DNA from: Endomicrobiia bacterium
GTDB taxonomy: Bacteria; Elusimicrobiota; Endomicrobiia; DTEH01
Length of the DNA stretch: 64,000 nt
Direction: 5' to 3'
Assembly: GCA_025059805.1 (NCBI GenBank)
Contig: JANXDG010000068.1
Coordinates: 39,838-103,837, forward strand
Below, piece by piece: positions 42,015 to 51,337 of the stretch (its first letter is position 1; each line of letters starts with the position of its first letter). The position numbers and the translations under genes were made by a program. The notes beneath the pieces are model-generated. The model saw nothing but the letters and a program-made list of their open reading frames with translations. It was not told the origin of the DNA and ran no database searches.

Positions 42015-43349
42015 ATGCAGAAAAAAATTCTATCCTTTATCATTTCTTGTATTTTTTTAATAGGTATACAATTTATTTATACTGTTACTGTTACCGAAGA
42101 AAAAATTACTTTGGAACGTTCTATTCGTGAACGTGTTGAAGAATTAGTTGAAAAGATTATAGGAAGTAAAAACTTTGTTGTACTTGTTACGGTTGAGATA
42201 AAAACTCCTGAACAAACACCAAGTGGTAATACCGATGTAAGTAGACCTGTTTACCCAGGTATGTATCTGCGTGAAGAAGAATATTTACCTGGCGTTACTT
42301 ATTCATACCTTCCAGTAACAAATCCAGCAACAAATCTGCCAATGCAAGTAGCAATAGATAAAATTATTATTAACATAGCTATGGATAGTGAAGTACCAGA
42401 TGAGTTAATAAACAGAGTTAAAACAGAATTGCCAATATTGTTAGGTCTTAACCTTATGCGAGGAGATTCCGTCAATATTAATAAAATTAAATTTCAAACT
42501 ATACCAACCTGGAGAGTAATATTGGAACAAATGTTACCACATCTTTATATACCATTATTGATTATAATTGTTGCTTTATTTCTCTTTGGACCTGTAACAC
42601 ATTTTTTCAAGACAGTAGTTCAATCTGTACAATTGAGGATTGATGCGGATGCAAGATTACGTAGTACTGAAAAGACAGTAGTAACTAGCCAAGGACAGAC
42701 CGGATTACTACCTGGTACTGAATTTACATTGCCGGAACCTTCGCCTGTTGCTGCATTGGGTATGCCAGGTTCAGCCGAACTTAAGAAAGAAGAAAAAATC
42801 TTACGTAAGCATTTCAGTTTTATCAACAAAGATAATTTGAAAAGTTTATGGTATCTAATTAAAGACGAAGAACCGTCAGTAATAGCTCTTATAATGAGTT
42901 ATCTTCCACCAGACCTTGTAGCCGAACTAATGACAATGTTGGATATGAAAACTCAAGCAAAGGTTGCTTTAGAACTTGTTTCCATGAAAATGCCCGAACC
43001 AGAAAAAGTTCAGGAAATTGAAAATTATATAAAATCAAGGATTGACTATTGTATTGGTGGTGAAGATTACTTTTTATCACTTCTTGACCGTGCAGATAAG
43101 GAGGTGCAAGAAGATATCTTACATATGTTATCATTACAAAATCCTGCACTGGCAGATAAGATACGAGGAAAAATATTTTTATTTGAAGATATTTTATTTC
43201 TTGATAAAACGACATTACAAAAAATTATTCGCGAGGCACAACGGCGTGGTGTCTCTTTAGCTTTAGCTCTAAAAGGTGCCTCTGATGAGATAAAGAATAA
43301 AATTATGGATTGTCTGACAGAAGGTGGTCGTGCAATGTTGGCAGAATAA
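42015..43349 (+). CDS. Membrane protein fusing a FliF/YscJ-type ring-building periplasmic domain to FliG middle and C domains. The FliG C-domain is cut short by an in-frame TAA at 43347.
   Basis: TM1 ILSFIISCIFLIGIQFIY. Periplasmic LERSIRERVEELVEKIIGSKNFVVLVTVEIK and ELPILLGLNLMRGDSVNINKIKF resemble FliF ring-building motifs. TM2 LYIPLLIIIVALFLFGPV. Cytoplasmic VIALIMSYLPPDLVAELMTMLD is FliG-middle-like. KIFLFEDILFLDKTTLQKIIREAQRRGVSLALALKGASDEIKNKI is FliG-C-like. The tracked ORF starts at TTG 41997. Confidence 0.7.
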   Translation: MQKKILSFIISCIFLIGIQFIYTVTVTEEKITLERSIRERVEELVEKIIGSKNFVVLVTVEIKTPEQTPSGNTDVSRPVYPGMYLREEEYLPGVTYSYLPVTNPATNLPMQVAIDKIIINIAMDSEVPDELINRVKTELPILLGLNLMRGDSVNINKIKFQTIPTWRVILEQMLPHLYIPLLIIIVALFLFGPVTHFFKTVVQSVQLRIDADARLRSTEKTVVTSQGQTGLLPGTEFTLPEPSPVAALGMPGSAELKKEEKILRKHFSFINKDNLKSLWYLIKDEEPSVIALIMSYLPPDLVAELMTMLDMKTQAKVALELVSMKMPEPEKVQEIENYIKSRIDYCIGGEDYFLSLLDRADKEVQEDILHMLSLQNPALADKIRGKIFLFEDILFLDKTTLQKIIREAQRRGVSLALALKGASDEIKNKIMDCLTEGGRAMLAE

Positions 43350-43535
43350 ATAGATTTACTTGGAGATGTCGGAGAGAAAGCTATTAGGGAAGAACAAAAG
43401 AAGATAGTTGCTGTTGTGCGTAATTTAGTTAACGCAGGTGAAATTAGTATAGACAAAACAAAATTTATAAAAGAACAAATTGAAAAACAAAAGAGTGTTA
43501 CAATAGAACCTGAAGTTGTGGAAGAAAAAAGGTAG
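43350..43535 (+). pseudogene. In-frame continuation of the FliG-like C-domain after the TAA at 43347-43349 (IDLLGDVGEKAIREEQKKIVAVVRNLVNAGEISI...)
   Basis: Same frame as the upstream ORF. Aligns with the FliG C-terminal helices (...EAMGPVRLKDVEEAQQKIINIVRRLAEAGEIVI). No ATG or SD of its own. The next stop is TAG 43533-43535. Confidence 0.55.
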
Positions 43536-43567
43536 TGTTTCTTAGTAAAGGAGGGATTTGAACCGTT

Positions 43568-44335
43568 ATGGATCTAATGACGGTGGTTGGTTTACTTTTA
43601 GGTATTGGTGCTGTATATTATACGTTGCAAGCTGGTGGTTTGTTGAATATGATATATAACTTCCCTTCATTAGTTCTTGTACTAGGTGGAACAATAGCTT
43701 CTACCTTTTTAACCTATCCATACAGAATATTAAAACGCGTCCCTGCGGCAATGATGTTAGCATTATTCCCACAAAAAAGATGGACAGCTGAAAAGTATAT
43801 AAATTTGTTAGTTGACTTAGCTGAGAAAGCAAAACGTAACGGTCTCGACGCTTTGCAGGAAGAATTGCCAAAAATAAAAGATCACTTTTTAGTCGACGGA
43901 TTACAAATGGTGCTAGACGGATTAAATCCAGAAATTGTAAGAGAAAATTTGATTAAAGAAATTACTTTTATAAGACGACGACATCAGCAGGTACATGCTG
44001 TCTTTCGCAGTATGGGTGCTTATGCACCAGTGTTTGGTCTTCTTGGTACGCTAATAGGAGTCGTAGGTGTCTTAAAAAATTTGACAAATCCAGAAGCGAT
44101 AGGCTCGTCAATGGCAGTTGCCGTCATTACAACTTTTTATGGTATTTTTGGTACGAACTTTGTCTTTCTGCCAATTGCAAATAAACTCGCAGCATATACT
44201 GAAGAAGAATTATTACTTAAAGAAGTATCAATTGAAGGTATATTAGCAATACAAGCCGGAGAGATACCTTCTGTAGTAAGTAGAAGGTTGCAAGCGTTTT
44301 TAGCTCATAAAATGAGACAACGTAAAACAAAATAA
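43568..44335 (+). CDS. motA: MotA/PomA-family stator proton-channel protein
   Basis: 4-TM topology with conserved ...AYAPVFGLLGTLIGVVGVL and AVAVITTFYGIFGTNFVFLPIANKL. SD AAGGAGGG. Confidence 0.8.
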   Translation: MDLMTVVGLLLGIGAVYYTLQAGGLLNMIYNFPSLVLVLGGTIASTFLTYPYRILKRVPAAMMLALFPQKRWTAEKYINLLVDLAEKAKRNGLDALQEELPKIKDHFLVDGLQMVLDGLNPEIVRENLIKEITFIRRRHQQVHAVFRSMGAYAPVFGLLGTLIGVVGVLKNLTNPEAIGSSMAVAVITTFYGIFGTNFVFLPIANKLAAYTEEELLLKEVSIEGILAIQAGEIPSVVSRRLQAFLAHKMRQRKTK

Positions 44336-44353
44336 TCTTTTTAATATATCGCT

Positions 44354-45031
44354 ATGAGTTTGGAAGAAAAAGAAGATCAAGATATTGAAGAAGAAGCAGA
44401 AGAAAAAGTAGAAGTTACAGAAAGCGAAGAGATTAAACAAGGATTAAATATTTGGAGAACGGTATATTCCGATATGTCTACCAATCTTACATTATTTTTC
44501 CTAATTCTTTTTGCATTTACTAGATTAAGTGCTTCAAAAAGAGAAGAACTTTTACAAGCATTGTCTCGGCTGGGTCAGAAAGTAGAAGTTGCACAGGAAG
44601 AAATTGTAAAACAAGAAACTGATGAATTAACACGAAAACTTGAAAAAGTTGCTACTGTGGAGATTAAAGAAGAGGAGATTGTAATTAATCTCCCGTCACC
44701 AGTATTGTTTGATTTAGGCAAGGCGGAACTTAAAGAGCAAGCCAAAAATATTCTAAGTGAAATTGCGAGTAGTTTAAGGTCAATATCAGGTGACGTTGTA
44801 ATTGAAGGACATACTGACAATTTGCCTATATTTGGAGGCAAGTACAGATCTAACTGGGAACTTTCGGCAGCACGTGCATTTTCTGTGAGAGATTATCTTA
44901 TTAAAGAAGGTATTTCTGAAAAAAGAATTTCGTGTGTAGGGTATGGCGAATATAAACCTGTAGCAGCAAATGATACCGAGGAGAACCGTGCAAAAAATCG
45001 TAGGATTGAGATAAAAGTGGTGAGGAAATGA
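44354..45031 (+). CDS. motB: MotB-like stator subunit 1 (single TM + OmpA-like peptidoglycan-binding domain)
   Basis: WRTVYSDMSTNLTLFFLILFAF resembles the MotB [20 protein letters not shown] segment. C-terminal VVIEGHTDNLPI...NWELSAARAFSVRDYL...NRRIEIKV is an OmpA/MotB domain. Confidence 0.8.
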   Translation: MSLEEKEDQDIEEEAEEKVEVTESEEIKQGLNIWRTVYSDMSTNLTLFFLILFAFTRLSASKREELLQALSRLGQKVEVAQEEIVKQETDELTRKLEKVATVEIKEEEIVINLPSPVLFDLGKAELKEQAKNILSEIASSLRSISGDVVIEGHTDNLPIFGGKYRSNWELSAARAFSVRDYLIKEGISEKRISCVGYGEYKPVAANDTEENRAKNRRIEIKVVRK

Positions 45032-45035
45032 ATCA

Positions 45036-45746
45036 ATGGTAAATAAGAAAAAAATTTCTACAGCCGAACAAGATAGTTATCAAATTGATACAGAAAGTTG
45101 GGTTACTCCATATGGTAACTTAATGACTTTTCTTATGATACTTTTCTTTTTGTTATATGCATATACTTTCTTTCTTAATGATATTGATTATGAACGATTG
45201 ATGAATAGAGTTCAAGCACAACTTGCTTCTCTTGATCTAAAATCGAGTATGGAACTAAAAAAAAGAGAAAAAGAAACCGAATTTGCAAGAAAGCTTAGTG
45301 AATATGTGAAAACAAAAGGGCTTTCTGGAGCAGCTGAAATCAATATCTCAGCTCAGAAAATAAGGATTATGTTTACTGAACGCGCCGTGTTGTTTGCTTC
45401 AGGTAGTGCAGAACTTGATAGTAATGCAATTAATGTCCTAAATGATTTAGCAGATTTAATTAAAATATTACCTGAGACTAACCGTATCATTATTGAAGGT
45501 CACACAGATAATGTACCTATAAGGACTAAAGAATTTGCTAATAATATGGAGCTTTCAATTGCAAGAGCAATTTCAGTATTAAATTATTTTACGAAAAAAA
45601 AGAACTTACCTCCTGAGAGGTTTGCAATTGCTGGTTATGGTGAATTTCGTCCTGTGGACATGTCTACGGATATTACTAAGGCTAATGATACTGAAGAAAA
45701 ACGTGCAAGAAATAGACGTATAGAAATTATAATTTCGCGTACTTAG
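45036..45746 (+). CDS. MotB-like stator subunit 2 (paralog)
   Basis: WVTPYGNLMTFLMILFFLLYAY TM/plug segment. IIIEGHTDNVPI...NMELSIARAISVLNYF...NRRIEIII OmpA/MotB domain. SD GAGGAA. Confidence 0.8.
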   Translation: MVNKKKISTAEQDSYQIDTESWVTPYGNLMTFLMILFFLLYAYTFFLNDIDYERLMNRVQAQLASLDLKSSMELKKREKETEFARKLSEYVKTKGLSGAAEINISAQKIRIMFTERAVLFASGSAELDSNAINVLNDLADLIKILPETNRIIIEGHTDNVPIRTKEFANNMELSIARAISVLNYFTKKKNLPPERFAIAGYGEFRPVDMSTDITKANDTEEKRARNRRIEIIISRT

Positions 45747-45775
45747 TTTTATATCACTCCCCGGAATAACAGTCA

Positions 45776-47227
45776 ATGACGATCAGAAATAAACTTGCAT
45801 CATTATTCTTTGTTTTGCTAGGATTGATTTTTATATTAGTAATTTGTCTGATCACTACTTTATATCTGCAACGTCAATATTTCCTGTATTATGTTGACAT
45901 ACAAAAGAGCCTTACTTTACTTGAAAGCATTATCCAAAATGTTAGTTTTCAGAGATTATATTTTGATTATTACATCTTATTTAATGATGAAAAAGATAAA
46001 GAAAACTTTACAGCCATAAGCGATAGAATCAAAAACCTGTATGATGAGTATAAGAAAAGCAATGAAGGGAAAAATTTATTTCTAAAATATCAAGCTATGA
46101 CTGAAGTTGCTAATAGAGTTTTTGATGAATCTAAGCGAGAGAGAAAGGTTAGTATTGCAATGACAGAATTTTTGCCAAAATACGAAATTGTACTTACAGA
46201 GTTAGAAAATCAACGACAAAAACATAATGAAGAAAAGATGAAATTAGAACGAACTGTTACCTTACTGACGATAGTAAGTTGGGTGATTTCAATAGCAGTT
46301 ATTTTGGTTGCATGTTTTATAATTGTTACTTTTGGAGTACGAATTTATCGTTCCTTAACAAGATCCCTGAGAGTAATTATAGATTTTGCGCATACGTTAT
46401 CTCGTGGTGAATACAGAAATATCTTTTACTCTACAGATGATGAATTTGCTGAAGTAATATCTGTGTTTAATTATATGGTTCAAAATTTAAAAACTTTGCA
46501 AGCACAAATCATACAAATGGATAGATTATCAAACATTGGTCAACTTGCAGGCGGTATCGCTCATGAACTTAACAATCCACTTGTAGGAGTATTAGGTCAG
46601 GCACAGATTTTACTTGAAAAATTGCCTGCGGATTCGCCATTGCGTGAACATGTAGAAAAAATTGAGAGAGCAGCACGAAGATGTAAAGAAAATGTAAGTA
46701 AACTGTTACAGTTTTCACGACAGAAAGAGTACGAATATACAGAAGTGGACATGAATGAGCTTATAAAGAACGTATTGTTTATAGCTGACAGCGAGTTGAA
46801 GGCGCATGATATACAAGTGATAACGATGTTTTCTAACGATCTTCCAATGCTAAGTTTATCGATTCCACATATGCAACAAGCATTATTAAACATTGTTAAT
46901 AATGCTATCCAAGCAATGAGTGAGAACACCAACAAAAGAATTTTATATATAAAAACATATACGGTAACATCTGAGGAAAACAATAAATTGTCTAAATATA
47001 TAGCGGTAGAATTTCAGGATACCGGTTGTGGAATTGAAAAACAGAATCTTACTTCAGTGTTTGAACCGTTCTTTACGACTAAGGACAGAAACAAATTTGC
47101 TGGGATGGGATTAGCTATCACAAAGGATATTATATTACATCACAAGGGTAAGATTAGTGTTTTCTCTGAAGGTATAAATAAAGGAGCGAAATTTGCAATA
47201 TATCTACCTTGTCATGAAGATAAATAA
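45776..47227 (+). CDS. Sensor histidine kinase (2 TM, HAMP, HisKA, HATPase_c); no cognate response regulator adjacent
   Basis: IAHELNNPLVGVLGQAQ (H-box), N-box NNAIQAM, G-boxes DTGCGI and GMGLAITKDII. Confidence 0.85.
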   Translation: MTIRNKLASLFFVLLGLIFILVICLITTLYLQRQYFLYYVDIQKSLTLLESIIQNVSFQRLYFDYYILFNDEKDKENFTAISDRIKNLYDEYKKSNEGKNLFLKYQAMTEVANRVFDESKRERKVSIAMTEFLPKYEIVLTELENQRQKHNEEKMKLERTVTLLTIVSWVISIAVILVACFIIVTFGVRIYRSLTRSLRVIIDFAHTLSRGEYRNIFYSTDDEFAEVISVFNYMVQNLKTLQAQIIQMDRLSNIGQLAGGIAHELNNPLVGVLGQAQILLEKLPADSPLREHVEKIERAARRCKENVSKLLQFSRQKEYEYTEVDMNELIKNVLFIADSELKAHDIQVITMFSNDLPMLSLSIPHMQQALLNIVNNAIQAMSENTNKRILYIKTYTVTSEENNKLSKYIAVEFQDTGCGIEKQNLTSVFEPFFTTKDRNKFAGMGLAITKDIILHHKGKISVFSEGINKGAKFAIYLPCHEDK

Positions 47228-48734
47228 GGTTAAAAAAGTTTTAGTTCTAATTTGTCTTTTATTGAATTTCGTTGTGATATCGAGTAGTAAAACCGATATA
47301 AAGTTTATCACAGCTGTTCAAGTCATTGTAAATGCTCAAAAAATAATTGAGTTACCAGTTTATAAAATAGATAAAACAGAAGAAAAATACATTAGCATAA
47401 AGGATCTTGCAAAGATTTTTTCCGCAACACTTACCTATTACCATGTAGGCAAGTATGTGAGCTTTAACTGTAGAGGGGAACGAATATATTTTTTTTATAA
47501 TAAGAATTTTTTTATTCATTCTAAACAAAGAATTCAGCTTTCAGCCAATGTGCTAAATGTTCATAATAGAACATTTGTTCCTATTACAATATTAAACAAT
47601 ACTACATTTACTAATATATTAAACGCTACGGTTGAATTTAGACAAAATGAAAACTTGGTGATGGTGAATTGGATAGATACAGTGGTTGTTAGTTATTACA
47701 TTAATAACAACGATGTTATAAGGATAGAAATAAGATACCTGAAGAATACTCAATATGATTATAATTTAGATGATAGAAAAATTACACTAACCTTTTTTAA
47801 TAACAAAGTTTCACCTAAAGAATATAGAATTGAACATAGCATAATATCAAAAATAAAATTATATCCTGAAAACGGAAATGTTAGGACAGAAATCTTACTA
47901 AATAATAGTTTTGTACAAATTAAAAAGGAAGAATTCAAAGATAGAATTGTTTTATTTATAGAAGAACAAAGTAGGTTAGCTGAACAGAGAAAAGTTTACA
48001 AGGATAAAGAAGTTACCAATACGGCTCAGAATTTAAGTTTAAAGAGCAATAATAAGAAACCATTAGTGGTGATAGATCCTGGTCATGGTGGGGAAGATCC
48101 AGGTGCGATTGGAAAATATGGTACTAAGGAAAAACATATAAATTTGGCAATTGCAAAAATAATCAAGGAGGAACTGCTTAGCGAAGATTACAAGGTATTA
48201 CTAACTCGTGAAGATGACATATCATTAGCTCTTGTTGAGCGTACAAAGTTTGCAAACGATAACAACGCCGATTTATTTATATCTATACACTGTAATGCCT
48301 CTAAGAAACAAACGAACACTGACCATGGAGTTGAAGTTTACTTTCTTTCAGAAAAAGCTTCGGATGAAGATGCCGTAGCAACCGAGAAACTTGAAAATGA
48401 AGTTGTTTTAAAGTATGAGAGACCAACTGAAGAATTAAATAAATTACAGAAAATATTATGGTCTATGATAGTTACAGACTATATTAACGAATCGTCTAGG
48501 TTGTGTAGTTACATTGGTACAGAAATTACAGCGCGTACAAAACAGCAATATCGTGGTGTGAAACAAGCAGGATTTTATGTTTTACGTGGGGCTCAAATGC
48601 CAGCGGTATTAGTTGAAGTTGGCTTTATCTCAAACCCTGATGAAGAGTTAAAATTGAACAGTTTAGATTTTCAGAGATTAGTCGCTAATGGTATCGCGGC
48701 AGGGATAAAGAAATATTATGAAAACAATAAATAA
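47214..48734 (+). CDS. amiC: N-acetylmuramoyl-L-alanine amidase (Amidase_3) with a long N-terminal region resembling a copper-amine-oxidase N-terminal-type domain
   Basis: C-terminal VVIDPGHGGEDPGAIG...LFISIHCNAS...GFYVLRGAQMPAVLVEVGFISNP. ATG 47214 overlaps the HK stop by 14 nt. Confidence 0.8.
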   Translation: MKINKVKKVLVLICLLLNFVVISSSKTDIKFITAVQVIVNAQKIIELPVYKIDKTEEKYISIKDLAKIFSATLTYYHVGKYVSFNCRGERIYFFYNKNFFIHSKQRIQLSANVLNVHNRTFVPITILNNTTFTNILNATVEFRQNENLVMVNWIDTVVVSYYINNNDVIRIEIRYLKNTQYDYNLDDRKITLTFFNNKVSPKEYRIEHSIISKIKLYPENGNVRTEILLNNSFVQIKKEEFKDRIVLFIEEQSRLAEQRKVYKDKEVTNTAQNLSLKSNNKKPLVVIDPGHGGEDPGAIGKYGTKEKHINLAIAKIIKEELLSEDYKVLLTREDDISLALVERTKFANDNNADLFISIHCNASKKQTNTDHGVEVYFLSEKASDEDAVATEKLENEVVLKYERPTEELNKLQKILWSMIVTDYINESSRLCSYIGTEITARTKQQYRGVKQAGFYVLRGAQMPAVLVEVGFISNPDEELKLNSLDFQRLVANGIAAGIKKYYENNK

Positions 48735-49578
48735 TCAACCGATTGGGATTTTTGATTCTGGTGTCGGTGGATTAACGGTCCTCAAAGAGATTCACAAGTT
48801 ACTTCCAAATGAAAGTATTATATATTTAGGTGATACAGCTAGAGTCCCATACGGTAATAAGTCGAAAGATACAATTATTCGGTATTCTATAGAAAATACA
48901 AAATTTCTTCTAAAACACAAAATAAAACTTTTAGTAGTAGCATGTAATACTTCTTCATCGTATGCAATTAATGTATTACAAAAGTTATTTCGTGGTTTAC
49001 ATATAATAGGTGTAGTAATACCTGGAGCAAAAGCTGCAGTAGAAAAGACTAAGAATAATAGAGTGGGTATTATCGGCACAAAAGCTACAATTAGAAGTAA
49101 CGCATATACCAAAGCGATCAAAAAACTTAATAAAAATGTAGAGGTGATTTCGCAAGCAACACCGCTATTTGTACCGTTGATAGAAGAAGGATGGGTAGAT
49201 AAGGTTTATTCTATAGATAGACATTCGGATTATTATCGCAGGGTTAGCCACGAAAATATCCTTAGACAACTTGCAGCTGAATATCTGACACCACTGAAAA
49301 AAGCAAATGTGGACGTATTAGTTTTGGGTTGTACTCATTATCCAGCGATTAAATCAGTAATACAGGATATAATGGGTAGAGATGTTTGCATAATAGATTC
49401 TTCAGAAGAAACCGCTAAAACAGTAAAAGAAGTTTTGCAAAAACAAAGTTTGTTGAATGCTAATAAAAAATCACATTTGAAGTTTTATGTAACAGATGAT
49501 GTTGTGAGTTTTAAGGCTATAGGTTCGTTACTGCTTGGTAAGAAGATTAAAGATGTTAAAAAAGTAAATATTTATTAA
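48718..49578 (+). CDS. murI: Glutamate racemase
   Basis: IGIFDSGVGGLTVLKEI, YLGDTARVPYG, VLGCTHYP. Confidence 0.9.
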   Translation: MKTINNQPIGIFDSGVGGLTVLKEIHKLLPNESIIYLGDTARVPYGNKSKDTIIRYSIENTKFLLKHKIKLLVVACNTSSSYAINVLQKLFRGLHIIGVVIPGAKAAVEKTKNNRVGIIGTKATIRSNAYTKAIKKLNKNVEVISQATPLFVPLIEEGWVDKVYSIDRHSDYYRRVSHENILRQLAAEYLTPLKKANVDVLVLGCTHYPAIKSVIQDIMGRDVCIIDSSEETAKTVKEVLQKQSLLNANKKSHLKFYVTDDVVSFKAIGSLLLGKKIKDVKKVNIY

Positions 49579-49609
49579 GTTTTAATTCTGGAATAAATAT
49601 ATAAGTTAT

Positions 49610-49978
49610 ATGTATGAGATATATGTAGAAACAAATTTTTCAGCTGCCCATTGGTTAAAAAATTATAGAGGTAAATGCGAGAAACTACATGGTCACAATT
49701 GGAAAGTTGGCGTTTCTGTATGGCGAAGTGGACTAAATAGTCAAGACATGGTGATTGATTTTGTTGAGCTTAAAAATATTTTAAACAAAGTAATATCAAA
49801 ACTTGATCATAAATGTATAAATTCATTACCATATTTTAGGAAAAAACAAACTACGGCTGAAAATATTGCACAATTTATTCATCTTAATCTAACCAAGCTG
49901 CTTCAAAAATACAAGCTGGAAAAAATCAAAGTAATAGTCTGGGAAACACCAATACAGTATGCAAGTTATGAAAGATAA
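49610..49978 (+). CDS. queD: 6-carboxy-5,6,7,8-tetrahydropterin synthase
   Basis: FSAAHWL...CEKLHGHNW motif. Confidence 0.85.
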   Translation: MYEIYVETNFSAAHWLKNYRGKCEKLHGHNWKVGVSVWRSGLNSQDMVIDFVELKNILNKVISKLDHKCINSLPYFRKKQTTAENIAQFIHLNLTKLLQKYKLEKIKVIVWETPIQYASYER

Positions 49979-50630
49979 AAAATGTATAGTTTTACTTTCA
50001 GGCGGTCTTGATTCTACTACAACTTTATACTATGCAGTTAAAAATGGTTATAAACCAATATGTTTAATTTTCGATTATGGACAACGACATAAGAAAGAGA
50101 TAAATTCTGCAATTAAAATAGCAAATTTGTTAGGTTTAAAATATTTTGTTGTAAAAATTTCTTTACCATGGAAAGGTAGTTCTCTTCTTGATAAAAAAAT
50201 GAGAATTCCAAGGTATGTAAGAAAAAGGCAAATACCATCAACCTATGTTCCCGCAAGAAATATAATTTTTTTAAGTATCGCTACTTCATTGGCTGAGGTA
50301 TATAAAGTTCAATATATTTTCTATGGTGCAAATCAAGTTGATTTTTCTGGATATCCCGATTGTAGAAAAGAGTTTATAAAAAGTTTTGAAAAAATGATTA
50401 ATAAGGGTACAAAAGTCGGTGTCAAAGGTGGTAAAGTTACAGTTGTTGCACCGTTGATTAATATGACTAAAAGTGAAATTGTGAAACTTGCAGTAAAACT
50501 TGGTGTACCTTTAGAATACACCTGGAGTTGCTATAGAGGTGGTAGGAAACCGTGTGGAATTTGTCCTACATGTAAACTTCGTTATAAAGGATTTAAGGAA
50601 GCTGGGATAAACGATCCTTTGTTAGTATGA
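49968..50630 (+). CDS. queC: 7-cyano-7-deazaguanine synthase
   Basis: CIVLLSGGLDSTT PP-loop. C-terminal Zn cluster CGICPTCKLR. Confidence 0.9.
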   Translation: MKDKKCIVLLSGGLDSTTTLYYAVKNGYKPICLIFDYGQRHKKEINSAIKIANLLGLKYFVVKISLPWKGSSLLDKKMRIPRYVRKRQIPSTYVPARNIIFLSIATSLAEVYKVQYIFYGANQVDFSGYPDCRKEFIKSFEKMINKGTKVGVKGGKVTVVAPLINMTKSEIVKLAVKLGVPLEYTWSCYRGGRKPCGICPTCKLRYKGFKEAGINDPLLV

Positions 50631-51334
50631 TAAATGTTAGAGAAATTTTCTTTTCATACCAAGCTGAAGGTAAATATATCGGCTCACCAACGGTGTTCAT
50701 ACGTTTTTCTGGGTGTAATCTTCGGTGTATTTACTGTGACACGAAGTCTGCAATTAAGGTAAGAAAAAAAGATAAAACCACAATCAAAGAAATAATATCA
50801 AAAATTCAAAAATTAGTAGATAAGTACAGACCTATGTTTATTTCTTTAACTGGTGGAGAACCACTTTTGCAACGAGAATTACCTGAGTTGTTGAAAGAAC
50901 TAACAAAGAATAAAACTTACAAAATTTATTTAGAAACTAACGCTTCCATCCCAGAAAGATTTAAGTCAGTTATAAACTTAGTTGATGTTTGCGCTGTTAA
51001 TATAAAGTTACCAAAAGATGATAGGTTAGGTAAAAATGTAATACAAAATTCTCTTAAAGTAATTTCCTTATGCAAAAAATATCATAAAGACTTTATAGTT
51101 AAACTAGTTGTTACTGGAAATATTTATGACAAACAAGATATGGATTTGATAAAGAAAATCACTAAAATGATTAAATTGAACGAAATAATCCTACAGCCTG
51201 AAACTTATTCGCTAAAAAAAGGTAATAAGAATGTGTTTATTAATATTTGTAATATATTCAATGTACTTTATAGATTTATACCTAGGATACATATAATTCC
51301 TCAATTACATAAGTTTATATGGCGAATTAAATAA
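50627..51334 (+). CDS. queE: 7-carboxy-7-deazaguanine synthase (radical SAM)
   Basis: GCNLRCIYCDT cluster. ATGA overlap with queC. Confidence 0.85.
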   Translation: MINVREIFFSYQAEGKYIGSPTVFIRFSGCNLRCIYCDTKSAIKVRKKDKTTIKEIISKIQKLVDKYRPMFISLTGGEPLLQRELPELLKELTKNKTYKIYLETNASIPERFKSVINLVDVCAVNIKLPKDDRLGKNVIQNSLKVISLCKKYHKDFIVKLVVTGNIYDKQDMDLIKKITKMIKLNEIILQPETYSLKKGNKNVFINICNIFNVLYRFIPRIHIIPQLHKFIWRIK

Positions 51335-51337
51335 GAT

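Noticed and set aside
49579-49609. preQ1 riboswitch upstream of queD (and queF)
   Set aside because: Only 31 nt are available, with no CCC/A-rich tail pattern of a preQ1-I aptamer.
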